In this document: positions 47,850 through 59,519 of the stretch, piece after piece | Position numbering within the stretch: the stretch's first letter is position 1 | Layout: the number at the start of each line of letters is the position of its first letter | Translations under genes and position numbers: made by a program | Assembly (NCBI RefSeq): GCF_028641065.1 | Contig: NC_073388.1 | Location: 22,878,001-22,942,000, forward strand | Direction of reading: 5' to 3' | Source: Leucoraja erinacea | Lineage: Eukaryota | Length of the DNA stretch: 64,000 bases | The notes under the pieces: model-generated | The model's database searches: none | Seen by the model: the letters and a program-made list of their open reading frames with translations, nothing else | Told to the model about the DNA's origin: nothing

Positions 47850-49049
47850 TATCCGTGCATATCTATTCTCCATGGCAAATAACCATTGAGGTGTCGAATT
47901 GTTGAACTTTATTCTGAAGTGTTTGTACTTGGGTTTTATGTTTTTTAGATGTTTGGAAGGGTATGTAAGTTATGCGCCTCGTGTTGTTGTAGTTCTGTTG
48001 TTCTGCTGTTTTTAGATCTAACTTATGTACATTAGCTTTTTGTTTTTAGATAGCTGTTATAAATTATATTATTATTCAATTGTTTTCTGGTATCCGTGCA
48101 TATGCATTCCAAATAAAAATTATCTTGAAAATTCTGAAGTGTTACTCTTGGGGAGATGTCAAGGGTAAGAAGTGTTGTAGGTAGATTAACTTATCATTAG
48201 TTTTATAGATAGCTGTGCATAAATATGTAAATATGTATTCAATTGTTTACATTTATGTAAGTCAATTTGACAGATTATACATGTGCATTTCCTTTTCAAA
48301 GAATTAAAGTTGCATAAATAGCGCGGTTGGAATTTGACTGCACCATGTGGGTGCACTGCTGCATCTGGCACAGTTGGTTCTTTTAGAGTTGACTACCTTC
48401 TCTGACGGATGGTCTGTCAGTATTTCTGTTGCATAAAAAAACCTGCGTGCATTACATTCTCCATTAACATCTCTTCATTAATAACGTTGATGCAGATGTT
48501 ATTAGACTCATGCAAGCAAGGAACTCCTGGGCATTGAACTGCTTACGATTAAGTCCTGAATTTACACAGCACTGAGCAACAGATGTCAGTACTGGATAAT
48601 GCATTTCGTTGATTCTAGCTTGCGTAGATTTATTTTGATTTACCACGTAAAATAATTTCGAAAATCGTATTTTATTCTGTATTTATATAAAGGGATTCTA
48701 CATATTTTTTTATGTCACATGTAAGTTATATGTTTTAAGTTATAAGTATGTGCTTTAAATCACTCAGGCATTATATTGCTTTGCAATGAAATATATACCA
48801 CATGTTCAGTGATTCCAGAAGTACATCTCCAAGTGAAGTAACCGTGTAAGTGGCTAATACCACACAGAGTGAGTGAGGCCGCACCCAGGAAACATCTTCC
48901 ACTGTGAAAAAAGCTCGAAGATCAGTCAGTGCCGAATCCCTTCCGCGCTGGTTTGGTGTTTACCGATCGCTACTGCAGTTTGTCTGTTTATTCGTATTTC
49001 CACCAAAATGAGTTAATAGTGCTGTAGTCAACAGCAGCCGGTAAAGAAA

Positions 49050-49226
49050 ATGTCCTCAACTCAACCAGTGGTTTACAATTACCTAAAACCAAAACTCCCC
49101 GCAACTCATGCGGATGTTAAAGGTAAAAAATGGAACTTCGCTGCGTTCGTGCTGGGATTTGCAGTTTTGGCAGAAATGTTTGCAACAGTCTACTATTTCT
49201 GTCACCTCACCGGCCAGATTGACATG
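49050..49226 (+). CDS. TRAIL-like exon 1: cytoplasmic tail and transmembrane helix
   Basis: MSSTQPVVYNYL...KGKK-WNFAAFVLGFAVLAEMFATVYYF...QIDM|GTAAGC. Confidence 0.85.
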
Positions 49227-52200
49227 GTAAGCTCAAGGGTAGGGGTCGCGTTACCAGTAAGGTGTACGAAATACACTGAGTAACCGCGTAACCGGTTGTG
49301 GGTGAGAAACCATTGTACTTTCATAAATTATGAGAAACCATTGCATTTTAAAGTAAGAATGTTTTGTAAATTTAATTAATACAGGGTTGGCATTTTCAAA
49401 AAATTAAAAATGAGTAGTTCTGAAACTCAAAAACATGGAAATTGATTCGACAAATCTGCAGGAAATGCTTTTGCTTGGAAACCTCGCTGCTCGCCGACAC
49501 AAGTACTAACATTTATTTTAAGTTAAATATGTTTTTTTATTGTGGAGTTTCTACATAAGGCAAGAATCATTGAGAAATTAAATGTTAAACTTTTTTTTGC
49601 TCAATAAATAAGTTGTTTTTTAAAGAATTCTCCAGAAACTCAAGGTCAGGAAAGGGTGGGATTCGGGGAATTCTAATTCCTGAATTTGCTCCACCCATCG
49701 TAGTCATTTTGTATCGATGAAATCCTGCGTCTCCTTAGGAACAATGGTAGTGAGACCCAGAGAAAAGGCACGAAGTGGTCATGCAACATCTCTGGAGAAT
49801 ATGGATAGATGACGTTTCGTGTCGCGATCCTTCCACAGCGCTGGTACTGGAGAAAGACCCGAGTGGAAGAGGCGATATTGTCCCAGTTTTAAAATCCACA
49901 TGCACAGTCCAATCGACGCCCTCGTCTTGATTTACACGTGTGAATTCATTCAAACCCGGAATCATAGTTCAAGCCAGTGAAATTAAATTGATGTCTCATT
50001 TTATTGAAATTCAAGCTCTGGTACTATTTAAGCTGTGAGAGAAGTTAACATGTCAGCAACATTGCAGGCTCCGTACATTCTCATTGGTACATTTATGCTG
50101 CATCTTTCAATCAAAACAACATTTTGCACATCCATATATGCACGTCCTGCCTGGATTTTCCCAGCAGCTTGCCACAGGAGAGAGAAAACCCCAGACGAGG
50201 CCAACTGTCCTCATTCCCACCGTGCCCTGTTGAAGGAAATCCCCAGCCTCCAGCAGCCGCGGCGCCATCAAGCCGACTGAGATTGCATTTAATAAATAGC
50301 TCAAGAACAGGAAACAAAGACGAAATCTTCAATTTGTTTTAAACATTTGTAAACGTTAACAAAGTCGAGGTCTGAAATAAACCTAGTTAATGTAGAGCTT
50401 ACTGTTCATAGATTTTATATAATGTTCACACTTTGGGGCTGGGTAATTATGACCTCATACCAAGCTAGTAAGTCACATGCCCTCTCCAAAGTCTCCATAT
50501 CCTTCCTGTAATGGGGTACTCAGAACCTGTATTTAGGGTGGCACAGTGGCATAGCTGGCTGAGCTGCTACCTCACAGTGCCAGATATCCCAGTTTGATCC
50601 TGACCTCTGTGGAGTTTTCACGTTCTCGTTGTGAACACGTGGGCTTTCTTCAGGTACTCTAGTAGTATATTGTGCTCCTGCATCCTAAGGATTTGCTTGT
50701 TGGTAGATTTATTGACATCTGTAAAATTGTCCATAATATACAGGGCGTGGATGACAAAGTGGGTAACATAGTACCAGTGTAAATAGGCGATCGATGATGA
50801 GCATGGACTTGATAGTTGAAGAGCTTGTTTCCATCTGTATCTCCAACTAAATTAAACTAAACTGCAAACAATACTCAGAATGAGGCTTACCTAACGTTTT
50901 AAATAAAGCTGCAATGTGACTTCCTGCTTTTTGTGCTCAATGTCCTGATCGATAAAACCAAGCATACCATACACTTTCTTCACCACTGCATGTACCCGTG
51001 TTGCCACTTTCAGGGAACTATGGGCTTGGACCCCAAGATCCCTCTGTATATCACTTCTGTTAAGGTTCTTGCTGTATACTTTACCCTTATTCAACCGCTT
51101 TTGTCCGGTAAATTCCATCAGCCATTTCTCTGCCAATATCTTTAACTGATTAATATCCCACTGTATCATTTGACAGCCTTTGTTACTGTCTGCAACTTGG
51201 TGTTATGTGCAAACTTACTAACCAATCCATCTACATTTGCCTCCAAGCAATTTATATAAAATCACAAACAATAGTTTATAATTTATATAAAATCACAAAC
51301 GTCATATGTCGTTGTGAATGCCATTGGTGACAGACCTCCAGCCTGAAGAACACCCCTCAACCACTACCCACTGTCTATTATGAGTAAGTAATTTCTGAAT
51401 TCCTTCTAGTCTTTGGCCAAGGCATGATGAGACACATCGCATTCGTCCCCACTGCAATCCTAACCCTTTCTCACTTCTGACAATGCTTCCGCTCTCTACA
51501 AGGGATCACAGTGAAATGGTTAATTCTACTGCACATGGAGTCATAGAACAACACAGAATCTTCAGCTCAACTTGTCCATAATGATCATGGTGCCTTTCTG
51601 ACAGAATAATTTGCCTGCATTTGGCCCATATCCCACTAAACCTTTCCTATCCACAATTTTGTCCAAATATATTTTAAACATTGTAATTGTACTTGTCTCT
51701 ACAACTTCCTTTGACAGCTCATTGCATACTGTATGCCCAAAACCTCCTGTGTGAAAAACAGTCCTTTAAATCTTGTCCCCTCATATTAAACTAATGCCCT
51801 CTAATTGTAGACTCCTCTACCCTTGGAAAAGATTATCTATCTCACAGGCCCTCGTCATTTGCCTCAATACCCATGCCTCCCCGTGGTTATTGTCAATACA
51901 CTATCACAACCATCTCCTGAATAGTCGGATTAGCATAAAACATAGCTATTCTCTACCACCTCCTAAGATTATCCCCACTCAGCAGGCAGTGAAGAAAGCG
52001 AATGGCATGTTGGCCTTTATAACAAGAGGAATCGAATATAGGAACAAAGAGGTCCCTCTGCAGTTGTACAGAGCCCTAGTGAGACCACATCTGGAGTATT
52101 GTGTGCAGTTTTGGTCCCCTAATTTGAGGAAGGACATTATTGCTATTGAGGGAGTGCAGCATAGGTTTACAAGGTTAATTTCCAAGGTTATATGCTGAGA

Positions 52201-55200
52201 GAATGGAGCATCTGGGCTTGTACACTCTGGAGTTTAGAAGGATGAGAGGGCATCTCGTTGAAACATATAAGATTGTTAAGGGCTTGGACACACTAGAGGC
52301 AGGAAACATGTTCCCGATGTTGGGGGAGTCCAGAACCAGGGGTCACAGTTTAAGAATAAGGAGTAAGCCATTTAGAACGGAGACGAGGAAACATTTTTTC
52401 TCACAGAGAGTGGTGAGTCTGTGGAATTCTCTGCCTCAGATGGCGGTGGAGGCAGGTTCTCTGGATGCTTTCAAGAGAGAGCTAGCGAGCTCTTAAAAAT
52501 AGCAGAGTCAGGGGATATGAGGTAAGGCAGGAACGGGGTACTGATTGGGGATGATCAGCCATGATCACATTGAATGGCAGTGCTGGCTTGAAGGGTCAAA
52601 TGGCCTTCTCCTGCACCTATTGTCTATTGTCATCTAACCATGTTACACTTACAGCTTGCTACATGCTATTAAATAGCGCAGCATAGTCTTCATTAAGAGT
52701 CATTAGATCCTCATGTGTGCCTTGTTCACCAATACATCCATCCCGCTTACACTCCACATGTTAGTCAAGTAAGTTTTTGAATGGTCCTCTGGTTCTTGTC
52801 AGCATCTGACTTCTACCACAAGCCATAATGTAGATGTTCCTGTACTTGAAGGTTTCATCACTACCAAGCACCAGAAATCATTTGATTGGCAGGAAGAAAA
52901 GAGGAATAAAAATAAAACTGCACAAATACCACGAATGCTCCCATCTTTTCCAAAAACAGATACAGCAAAAATTGAATTATCCGGGACAGTGCCTCCAGTA
53001 TATGAACTCCTACATTGATGACACCGGGGGGAGTGTGATGACCAATGTGGATCCTTTGTGTGACAGCTGGCTTGAGAATATTCGAGTTCTAATAAATCAG
53101 GTAAACTATGTTAATTTTCATCCTTGTATTTAGAGCATTCTATGACTGAATAATTGCCTTTGTAGGAATTTGCTTTAGTTTGTTCTTAATAATGGTTAAA
53201 GTGACTGAAAATTTAAAAAAGCTATAGGTAATATGTGTATGCAGAGGATCTTTAATGTAAATGGGGCGGCACAGTGGAGCAGCGGTAGAATTGCTGCCTT
53301 ACAGCTCTTGCAGTGCCAGAGACGCGGGCTTGATACCGACTACGGGTGCTGTCTGTACGGAGTTTGTACGTTCTTCTAGTGTCCGGGTGGGTTTTCTCCA
53401 AGATCTTCGATTTCCTCCCACACTCCAAGGACGTACAGGTTTGTAGGTTAATTGGCTTGGGGTTGTGTACTTGGTATAAGTGTAAATTGTCCCTAGACTG
53501 TGAAGGATAGTGTTAATGGGCGGGGATCGCTGGTCGGCACAAACTCGGTGGGCCAAAGGGCCTGTCTCACGCTGTATCTCTAAACTAAATCTAAACTAAA
53601 AACTAAACTAAATAAGCATCCCCAAGCAATTAACAAATAGGTGTAAATGTAAGGTTGTTTAGTCACGAGGCAGGTGAGTTTAATGAGCTTTGGAGAGTTT
53701 GTGGTAGGGAGAAAGGGAGAGAGAACACTTGAGATCCAGAATTACAGTTCAGATGGTCAGATAAAAGTAGCAGAGGCTTTTGCCATCATTTCAAGAAAAA
53801 AGGAACTATTATACGCTGGGTTTAAGAGGGAACTGCAGATGCTGGAGAATCGAAGGTTACACAAAAAAGCTGGAGAAACTCAGCGGGTGCAGCAGCATTT
53901 ATGGAGCGAAGGAAATAGGCAACGTTTCGGGCCGAAACCCTTCTTCAGACTATTATACGCTGGATTGAAAGTATGAGAAAAATTTAATAAAGATATTTGC
54001 TGAATGAGGATGGGTCAGATAATGAACAGTAATGTGGACAATGATCTTTAAGGGTTAAACCTGGGCAAATTATTGAGGACAGAGCTGATGCGACACACGT
54101 TTAGGTGTACTTCATAACATGTACTGTTTCTTGAAAACTCCGTCCAAGTAATAAATTGGAATGAGATCAGTACGAAAGCCATTTCAGCTGACTTAACGCA
54201 TCTTTTCTGATTAATGTTAAATCTTCCCATTGTCGTGTCCAAAAACAAGAGTATATTTCTTATTGTGAATCTGTTTATTTGCAGAAAGTCCAGTTTGAAA
54301 AACCCTGAATTTAATGTAAATTACAATTATATTTTCAGAGTAACCAATGACACTCACTGGCTATTTCTGTTTAATCCCTTAAATTCAAACACACTGGCAA
54401 ATTATTAAGTAAAAAATAAAATAACTTGCCTTTTATTTTCAACAGCTTAGAATTGAAATGGTTTAATGTTTATTTCATTGCTTTTCAGCGTCTGAGATCT
54501 GATGCGAAAAATTTGATATACAAGGAATTGGAGGGTGAGATGTGCTGAATTTAAGGCAACATTATTCAATTTAATTTTGGAGATGTCTTGGGGGCTGATA
54601 TGAAATCTGTTTGATATGGAAAATACAGCAGTGAATTAGTCTGCAACTGCCTAGGCTTTACATTTGGTCTTGGTTTTCCTGTCAGTGTAAACAAACCACA
54701 AACATTTGCAAAACAGCCAGACTAGCTCAGTTCCCATTTCCCAAACTCTATATTAAAAGTGCTGAATCCAGAGAATCCCAGCACAAAGCCAAGATCAGAT
54801 ATTTTCCAATACACTAAAGAGAGAATGAACAGTTAGCTGATCCACCTAGTAAAATAATAACCATAACCATATAACCATATAACAATTACAGCATGGAAAC
54901 AGGCCATCTCGGCCCTTCTAGTCCGTGCCGAACACTTATTCTCCCCTAGTCCCATCTACCTGCACTCAGACCATAACCCTCCATTCCTTTCCCGTCCATA
55001 TTACTATCCAATTTATTTTTAAATGATAAAATCGAACCTGCCTCCACCACCTCCACTGGAAGCTCATTCCACACAGCTACCACTCTCTGAGTAAAGAAGT
55101 TCCCCCTCATGTTACCCCTCAACTTCTGTCCCTTAATTCTCAAGTCATGTCCTCTTGTTTGAATCTTCCCTACTCTCAATGGGAAAAGCTTATCCACGTC

Positions 55201-58200
55201 AACTCTGTCTATCCCTCTCATCATTTTAAAGACCTCTATCAAGTCCCCCCTTGACCTTCTGCGCTCCAAAGAATAAAGACCTAATTTGTTCAACCTTTCT
55301 CTGTAACTTAGTTGCTGAAACCTAGGCAACATTCTAGTAAATCTCCTCTGTAGTCTCTCTATTTTGTTGACATCCTTCCTATAATTAGGCGACCAAAATT
55401 GTACACCATACTCCAGAATTGGCCTCACCAATGCCTTGTACAATTTTAACATTACATCCCAACTTCTATACTCAAATAGAGCCACTCAATAAGAAACAAA
55501 CTCCATGCTCCAACCTGTCCATGCTGACTAAGATACCCCATTTTTAGCTAGTCCCATTTGCCTATGTTGGGCGCATAAACCCCAAACCCTTTCCCATCAT
55601 GTGCCCTTCCAAATGTCTTTTAAATGTTGCTATTGTACCTGCCTCAAATAATTCCTCTGGCAGCTCATTCCATATACTCACCAACTTTTGTGTGCAAATG
55701 TTGTCTCTCATGTTCTGATTAAATCTTTCCCCTCTCACCTTAAACCTATGCCTTTTTGTTCTTGATTTGCCTACCCTGCTATAAAGGCTGTGTGCAATCA
55801 CCCTGTGCTATGCCCCCTCAAGATTTTACAAACTCTGTAAGATCACTCCTCAATCTCCTGCACTTCAAGGAAGAATTTCCTAGCCTACCGAACCTCTCCC
55901 TATAGTTCAGGCCCTATAGTCTTGGCAACATATAACCATATAACCATATAACAATTACAGCACGGAAAGGCCATCTCGGCCCTCCATGCCGAACAATCCC
56001 TTAGTCCCAGGCAATAATTTCCTAGCCTACTGAACCATCTCCTATCCAATATTTTTAAATTACCAATGGCCTCCACCACTATAGTCTTGGCACCATCCTG
56101 CGTAATCCCCCTCATCCCTGTAATTCTGAAACTCCTCGGAAATCTTCCCTGTACTCTTCCCGCCTTATGTGCAAAGGAGAATCACAGTTGAGGATACTGA
56201 GTTGAAAATAAATGGGAAGAGTCACTGTTTTGTAGATTCAGTTTTTTTTGTAAAGATAAATGAACGTACACAATCATTTTTATTTCAGCACAAAATGCAA
56301 CATTCGTGAGTCCTGGAAAACCAGCTATCCATTTAATTGCACAGCACCGGAACAAACCTCCAAATTATGGTAAAGAAAGCTTTCCATTTTTTTAAATAAT
56401 GCTCTTTTTTATATTTGTCTGGCAGCAACGAGTTGTTTGGTGCATCATTTTTAGAGTGAGCCAACGTTACTACACGTTCCTGGGTTTGGTAAATCATTGA
56501 GGTTACATTGATAATTTCACAAACAGCACAAGAACAACTGCAGTAAGAAAGGTTTGCCTAATAAATTGGATTTCACTCCATTTTGCTGAGCTAAACATGT
56601 GGTGCTTGTGGCATCTATGTCCAATTGATCTGCGACAATAAAATATATCTCCCCAGTGGATTACACCAAGAAGCTCCATACAGATTTATGTCTTGTGGCC
56701 TTGTTGATATATGGATTTGACCTAGAATTCAATACTTGTGATTAGTTTAGCTTTACAGCTCTGTAGAGAATTTTCCAGATAGCCAAGAACAAAGCAATCC
56801 CTCCATACATTCTAACAAATGTTGCCAAGTTATCTTCCCATAGCATTTTTTTACTAGAGACCTAGGAACTAGGCACGTTATAAAAAGTAATTTGTCTGTC
56901 ATGCTTTTCTAATTCATTGCATTTCTGTAACAATTAAAAATAGAAATGGACTTCCTGGAATGCAAACTATTGATAACGATTCCTCTTAATCAGTCTCCAC
57001 ATTCCAGAGTGTTTACAATGCAAAGAAGACAATAAAATCGAAACAGGATGGAAATTATGGGTAGACACTGGCACACTCGATATATTTCTGTTAGAGATTA
57101 TATTTAAAAAAGAATACACCCATAGATTTGGGAAGAATAAATATCGGCACAGAATTTTCTATCACTTTTGCCACTTTTAAAAGGCAAAACTATTAGCAAC
57201 CTCTGATGCCCATATTCAGGTGCCGAAATCCAGGGTTGTTAACAGTGAATCGCATTTTCTTCCATTAGTCATAATATTGCAGTACTTACGGATAAAATCT
57301 ACACAAAATCACCAATTTGGGCATCATGCAAAAGTCTGATGGAGAAGCTATGGTTATCGTGAAAACTTAGGTTGAGATTTAACATCCGAATGTTTGTGCA
57401 TTTCCAATGGTTATTTTCATGTGAAGTGGTCTTACTTGAATATCTTTATTAACAAGTAAAATCTAAGGCACAGCTTTTGTTAAATTCTATTTAAATTAAC
57501 AGGATGTCAATTTTGTTCTTGGCACTGAGTCATAGCACAGAGATTATGTTTGAATTTCTGCTGCAATACCTCATCGGGCCTGGAAATGTATGTTTTATGT
57601 AGTCTTATTCCTGAGAATATTATCGCTGCAATTTCCCCTTTTCTTTTAGTCTCTCCACCCTATCTCTATCTTTACAGTGATTCAAATGTGATTTTTTTAA
57701 TTTCTTGTTTTAAACGTATTGGATTGCATTTTGTGTGAATTCCACAGTTTGATCTTTTGAGGAACAACATTTTCTTACCCTGAAAAAATACTTGTATACC
57801 CCGGCAATTATATACGTTGACAGATTGCTGGAAGTCCCCTCTGACACACCTATAAAAATCTGTGGGCAAATGTCCAGGAGTGAATGGTAGACTCATTTTC
57901 ATCACTTATCAGAGCAAAATCTAGCCATTAACTTAATATGGTAAAAACAGTTTTGTCCTTTCAAGAATTGTTCTTCTGACTTGGTATGAGAAATATCTTG
58001 ATTTTAACTCTTTTTTAAAAGAAATTTTGTTAGAAGTAAGTACAATCATGTGGTACCACAGTACCTAATACTTATTGACATATTACATTTCATATACAAC
58101 TTCTTATTTTTAATTTAATAATAAAACAGGAGTAAGGAAGAAACGAGTAGAAAAAGAGAGATTATCATAGAGTGGTGCGTGAAATAGTAAGATAGCTCGA

Positions 58201-58961
58201 AAGAAGAAAGAAGTACGCGAAAAGAGAGAGAGATAGAAAAGAAGAAGTAAAAAGAGAAAGAGGAAGAAACGAAGTAGAAAAAAAAGAGATTGAAAGCGAT
58301 ATACCTATTTAATGTTCTTGGCCACCTGTCACCTGATTCTGAAACATTTGATTTCTATGGTTGTGTTGCACCATATGCTTGTAAGAAGTCAATAAAAGGA
58401 GACCAAATCACTAAGAATTGGTCTGCTTTACCTGCTAGGAGGACTCGCATTTCTTCAAGATATGCCGTTTCCGACATATTTGAAATAAAATTTGATTTTA
58501 ACTCTGTGTACCTTTTTATTTTGACAGCCCCACATTATATTAATCATACAGACGGTCATGATATACTCTATTGGAAAGATATAAAAGGATTTACCGTTCA
58601 CCAGGGTGCCATGAAGTACCACCATATAGGAATCACCATTCCCAAGGATGGCATCTACTACATATACTCCCAGGTTCATTTCCAGCATATACGCAAACTG
58701 GACATCCAGGATCAACATTACAATTTATTTCTACAATACCTTTATAAGATGTCCATGTATTATAATGGACCTATTCTTTTAACTAAAGCTATTTTTACTA
58801 AATGTTGGTCAAAAGAGGCCAGATTTGATATATACACAAGTTTTCAAGGAGCCCTCTTTGAACTGCAACAAGGAGACAAACTATTCATCGAAGTAACAAA
58901 TGTAAATACTATGGATATTAATGAAGAGTCAACATATTTTGGTGGTTTTATGGTATTTTAA
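49050..58961 (+). CDS. TNF superfamily ligand, TRAIL (TNFSF10)-like type II membrane protein, 5 exons, 292 aa
   Basis: Exons 49050-49226, 52960-53100, 54489-54534, 56289-56369, 58528-58961 (879 nt, phases 0/0/1/1). TM helix in exon 1, two-Cys stalk exon, TNF homology domain with GIYYIYSQVHF, QYLYK, PILLTK, KCWSKEA, FQGALFEL, STYFGGF, closest to recalled TRAIL. Exact paralog uncertain. Confidence 0.9.
50537..50862 (+). mobile_element. HE1/V-SINE-type SINE
   Basis: ggtggcacagtggc head, ctaaattaaactaaa tail. Confidence 0.75.
50870..51400 (-). mobile_element. CR1 RT fragment
   Basis: [32 protein letters not shown]. Confidence 0.8.
51980..52630 (+). mobile_element. CR1 3' fragment (young subfamily)
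   Basis: [43 protein letters not shown]; intact tail. Confidence 0.93.
52960..53100 (+). CDS. TRAIL-like exon 2: stalk with two cysteines
   Basis: IQQKLNYPGQCLQY...DPLCDSWLENIRVLINQ|GTAAAC, 141 nt, phase 0-0, same pattern as TRAIL/RANKL exon 2. Confidence 0.8.
53264..53612 (+). mobile_element. HE1/V-SINE-type SINE, full length
   Basis: ggggcggcacagtggagcagcggtag head, core and (ctaaa)n tail. Confidence 0.9.
53820..53948 (-). mobile_element. 129-bp Penelope-type mini-element that begins with a hammerhead ribozyme core
   Basis: Minus strand CTGAAGA-A-GGGT-TTCG-GCCC-GAAACGTT...; 15-bp direct repeat ACTATTATACGCTGG at 53805-53819 and 53949-53963. Confidence 0.8.
54489..54534 (+). CDS. TRAIL-like exon 3 (RLRSDAKNLIYKELE)
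   Basis: cttttcag acceptor, G|GTGAGA donor, 46 nt. Confidence 0.75.
54860..55475 (-). mobile_element. CR1 3' fragment, followed by an older CR1 at about 55500-55920
   Basis: LYKALVRPILEYGVQFWSP...QRVVAVWNELP; (ATATGGTT)n tail. Confidence 0.93.
56289..56369 (+). CDS. TRAIL-like exon 4 (...GKPAIHLIA..., strand A of the TNF domain)
   Basis: tatttcag acceptor, G|GTAAAG donor, 81 nt; PAIHL matches the P/AxAHL motif. Confidence 0.88.
58012..58491 (-). mobile_element. 5'-truncated L1 insertion
   Basis: Antisense SETAYLEEMRVLLAGKADQFLVIWSPFIDFLQAYGATQP*; TSD TTGATTTTAACTCT at 57998-58011 and 58492-58505. Confidence 0.85.
58528..58961 (+). CDS. TRAIL-like exon 5: bulk of the TNF homology domain
   Basis: tttttattttgacag acceptor; canonical TNF-domain motifs; TAA at 58959-58961. 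Confidence 0.95.
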
Positions 58962-59155
58962 GATGTAATTATTAAAACCTGTAATGGCGGCCACCTATTG
59001 TGAATATCATGCAATTAATTGTATTAATTTGGGATTACAACAAATCTTTTGGTTTAGATTTAACCCCAAGAAATTATTTCAGCCTCGTGAAAAGACAAAT
59101 ACAATTTTTTTGTAATACTACTATTTACAGCAATTCCTTCAATGCTAATGTGAAG

Positions 59156-59240
59156 AATAAACATGATTTGACTAAAAAATGGCACACGGAAGTGTTACGC
59201 ACAGAATGCATGTCACACATCGACGTCTGACGTGAATAAA
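59156..59240 (+). terminator. Candidate polyadenylation signals of the TRAIL-like gene
   Basis: AATAAA at about 59156 and 59235, 200-280 nt after the stop. Confidence 0.4.
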
Positions 59241-59519
59241 TGGGCTGTCAATGGTTTAGTTTAGTTCTATTTATTATTGTCAGGTGTACCAATATATTGA
59301 AAAGCTTGTTCTGCACGCTATCCAGTCAAATCGTGCTACACATCAGTACAATCACATGTTAAAAAGTGAAACGATTGTAAGTAGTTGTTCTCCTGAGACA
59401 GCACACCAAGTTGCTACGTTCCAGTGCCTATTTGCGACATTCAAGTCTCAGTCTTTGAAATGTCTAATTTTGTATTTAGGAGATATGCAACTTCTTTTTT
59501 CTTACATTAAGGCCTGCTG

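Noticed and set aside
53264-53345. tRNA gene
   Set aside because: tRNA-derived SINE head followed by the SINE body; no proper cloverleaf
58290-58527. N-terminal part of the 223-aa TNF ORF as a single-exon gene
   Set aside because: It is antisense L1 plus intron; the real acceptor is at 58526-58527 and upstream exons supply the TM helix and strand A
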